DNA from: an uncultured delta proteobacterium
Lineage (GTDB): Bacteria > Desulfobacterota > Desulfomonilia > UBA1062
NCBI GenBank assembly: GCA_963752595.1
Contig: CAVVYZ010000005.1
Span: 1 to 64,000 of the forward strand
Reading direction: 5' to 3'
DNA length: 64,000 nt
Shown piece after piece: positions 61,823 to 64,000 of this stretch. A program made the position numbers and the translations under genes. The stretch's first letter is position 1, and every line of letters starts with the position of its first letter. The notes beneath the pieces were generated by a model. That model was given only the letters and a program-made list of their open reading frames with translations, did no database searches and was not told where the DNA came from.

Positions 61823-62986
61823 TTAAAACGTCTTCTGAAAGATGCCGAGCACCTCAGAAGAGTCCATAACGAGTCTCGGGTTGTTTACGATCGACCCGTC
61901 CGAGAGGCTCATATCCGCAGCTTTTTCGAGATCCGCTATCTTCACGCTGAACTCGGAGAGCTTCTGGGGATGAGCTATCTTCCGGGTGAAGTCCCTTATG
62001 CCGCGGATGGCAGCATGTGCCGCATCCAGGTCATCCATGCCTTTTTCGCGCACTCCGATGGCTTCAGCGACCATGGCATATCCGTCGGCTGATTCCTCAA
62101 GGTTGAATTCCATACAATCGGCCAGGAGGATCCCGTTGGCGACGCCGTGCGGGACATGGGCTACGGCGCCGATGGAATGGGCCATGGCGTGCACGATACC
62201 GACCATGGCATTCCCGAATGCCCAGCCGGCGATGGTGGCTGCTATCTGGACCTGACCCCGTGCATGGAGGTCTGAGCCGTTCTCCACGCAAACCGGAAGA
62301 AACTTGTACAGCAGCCGTATTGCGTGGAGCGCCAGTGCGTCCGTTATGGGCTCGCGCGGGATGGAGTGGATGGCCTCGACCGCATGGGTCATGGCATCCA
62401 TCCCGGTGCTTGCAGTGAGAAGGCGCGGGAGCTTTTCCGTCATTTTGGGATCGAGGATCGCGAGCCGCGGGATATTGTTATTTTCCACCAGAAGGCGTTT
62501 CTGGCCCATCTCTTTATCCATGATCACCGCTACATTCGTCACCTCGCTTCCGGTTCCTGCAGTCGTAGGGATTACGATATGAGGCATCTGAGGCCGGCTC
62601 AGGAGCTGCACGCCGTTATAATCCCGCAACGTTCCGCCCTCGGTCATGAGGATGCACATGCCCTTGGCAGTATCGATGACGCTGCCGCCGCCTACGCTGA
62701 TCACGATATCGGCGCCGTTCTTCCCGGCGAACTCGGCCCCTGCATTAACCACCTCCACACCCGTATCCTGAGGTATGTCGCTGAAGACACCCACACACTT
62801 ATTCCCCAGTGTTTTGACAACGGGATCCACGAGCCCGGCATTGATGATGCCCTTGTCGGCCACCACCACGGCTTTTGTGCCGCCGAGTGATCCCATCTCC
62901 ATCTCGACATCTCTCGATGACCCTACCCCGAAGACGATCTTGGTCGGGCCGAAATAATTGAATGATAAATCCGCATCGTATCCCAT
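61823..62986 (-). CDS. Iron-containing (group III) alcohol dehydrogenase
   Basis: GGGSVIDTAK, PTTAGTGSEVT, GMDAMTHAVE and HAMAH..PHG. Confidence 0.92.
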   Translation of the reverse strand: MGYDADLSFNYFGPTKIVFGVGSSRDVEMEMGSLGGTKAVVVADKGIINAGLVDPVVKTLGNKCVGVFSDIPQDTGVEVVNAGAEFAGKNGADIVISVGGGSVIDTAKGMCILMTEGGTLRDYNGVQLLSRPQMPHIVIPTTAGTGSEVTNVAVIMDKEMGQKRLLVENNNIPRLAILDPKMTEKLPRLLTASTGMDAMTHAVEAIHSIPREPITDALALHAIRLLYKFLPVCVENGSDLHARGQVQIAATIAGWAFGNAMVGIVHAMAHSIGAVAHVPHGVANGILLADCMEFNLEESADGYAMVAEAIGVREKGMDDLDAAHAAIRGIRDFTRKIAHPQKLSEFSVKIADLEKAADMSLSDGSIVNNPRLVMDSSEVLGIFQKTF

Positions 62987-63041
62987 GAGCTTTCTCCTTA
63001 CTTCGGAGGCCCTTCAAACATCCGGTCCTTAGCACTTACGA

Positions 63042-63494
63042 TCAGCCGATCCATGTAAAGTGAACCTTATCCTTCACGTCATCAGGCCATTCGGTGTCCA
63101 CTTTGCCCAGGATATCGATGACCTTGTTGACCGTCTTGATATTTCTCACCACATAGGGCAGATCGCCCTTCATCTTGAGCTTGCCCTGGAGCAGTCCCTT
63201 GGTGGCATCGAGCTCCTTGAACGCAACCTGCTTCCAGCGCATATAATCTCCGGTCATGACGAACTTGGCACTCTCGGCCTTCTCTTTGTCGCAGACGGCG
63301 AATTCGCCCACGTCGCCGTGCCAGTAGTCCATGTAGACATAGACAGGATCGGGTACGTTCTTCGAAGGATCCGGGTTGCAGATGAGGGAGACGCTCCCTT
63401 CCCAGTCCTTTGCAATCCCCTTGTACTCCGGATCAGCCTGGATAGCAGCCTTATATGCATCCATCCATTCCTGTGTCAGTGCACGCTTACCCAT
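63042..63494 (-). CDS. SCP2 sterol-carrier domain protein
   Basis: FVMTGDYMRWKQV and LLQGKLKMKGDL. Confidence 0.8.
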   Translation of the reverse strand: MGKRALTQEWMDAYKAAIQADPEYKGIAKDWEGSVSLICNPDPSKNVPDPVYVYMDYWHGDVGEFAVCDKEKAESAKFVMTGDYMRWKQVAFKELDATKGLLQGKLKMKGDLPYVVRNIKTVNKVIDILGKVDTEWPDDVKDKVHFTWIG

Positions 63495-63519
63495 ATCGTT
63501 ACCTCCTGATTCATATTTT

Positions 63520-64000
63520 TTATTGGTAGAGTCTTTCTTTCAGCTCATCGAGACCGAGCTCTACAAGCTTTTCCTGTCTGGGGAACCCCCGCTCATCAAG
63601 CCCCCGGATGGCATAATATTCGCTGAGGAGCAGATTCATATCCGGCACCGATCCTGCGGCGCCGCCCTCTTCCAGGGCCGTCATGATCCGCTTGGGCAGG
63701 ACATCGTCTTTTTTCGATACCCCGAGCAGGTTGTTGAAACCGCGCTTGAGCGTCCAGTCGCGCATGCCGGACCGGAGGAGATCATCGAACCCGAACTCGG
63801 AACCGGTAACGGCGTTGAAGGCTGCAAGAAGGGTTTCAGGCTTTATGGAATAGGCCACGTAGTGGCAGATGGCCAGCGAGTTGGCCAGAATGCCGTAGTT
63901 TTCTGAATTGTAGACCAGGGCTGCCTTGCCTTCACTGGTCGTCCCCTGATAGTCGTCCTTCATGTCGAAGAGCTCCGGCCAGGAGGCCATCCCCTGCTCG
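63520..64000 (-). CDS. aor: Aldehyde:ferredoxin oxidoreductase, C-terminal part (runs off the window)
   Basis: NSLAIC, AVTG, FNNLLG..DDVLPKR and YYAIRGLDERGFP..LVELGL. Confidence 0.85.
   Translation of the reverse strand, partial: EQGMASWPELFDMKDDYQGTTSEGKAALVYNSENYGILANSLAICHYVAYSIKPETLLAAFNAVTGSEFGFDDLLRSGMRDWTLKRGFNNLLGVSKKDDVLPKRIMTALEEGGAAGSVPDMNLLLSEYYAIRGLDERGFPRQEKLVELGLDELKERLYQ

Noticed and set aside
1-64000. CRISPR array, tRNA or rRNA genes
   Set aside because: No regularly spaced repeat-spacer series and no recognisable tRNA or rRNA sequence seen. The only recurring long repeats are PAS-coding units.

Overview
The window looks like two sequences joined at about 3,100. Bases 1-3,110 carry a tsaC/SUA5 tail, an NlpC/P60 peptidase and a secreted LamG protein that is cut off. 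The rest reads as an anaerobic deltaproteobacterium-like chromosome: two tungsten AOR loci, SCP2 lipid carriers, a B12 radical SAM enzyme, DegP, asd, cysE, a cfa-like methyltransferase with a reductase, an ECF sigma operon, and a giant MEDS/11-PAS hybrid kinase. An accessory block at about 16.6-32.0 kb has two parts. The first is an AT-rich four-gene module (SAM methyltransferase, non-canonical PP-loop ATPase, PilZ-enzyme fusion, V4R-like hybrid sensor kinase), my best candidate for an undescribed c-di-GMP-linked small-molecule signalling system. The second is a pile of five IS elements (IS1634, IS3, two IS5, IS21), two of which separately split an orphan Rhs toxin and its immunity gene; both genes can be rebuilt from the target-site duplications. 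Many genes, including the normally essential asd, carry single-base indels that are probably sequencing or consensus errors. I found no rRNA, tRNA or CRISPR array. All family calls come from recognising motifs by eye; no database searches were run.
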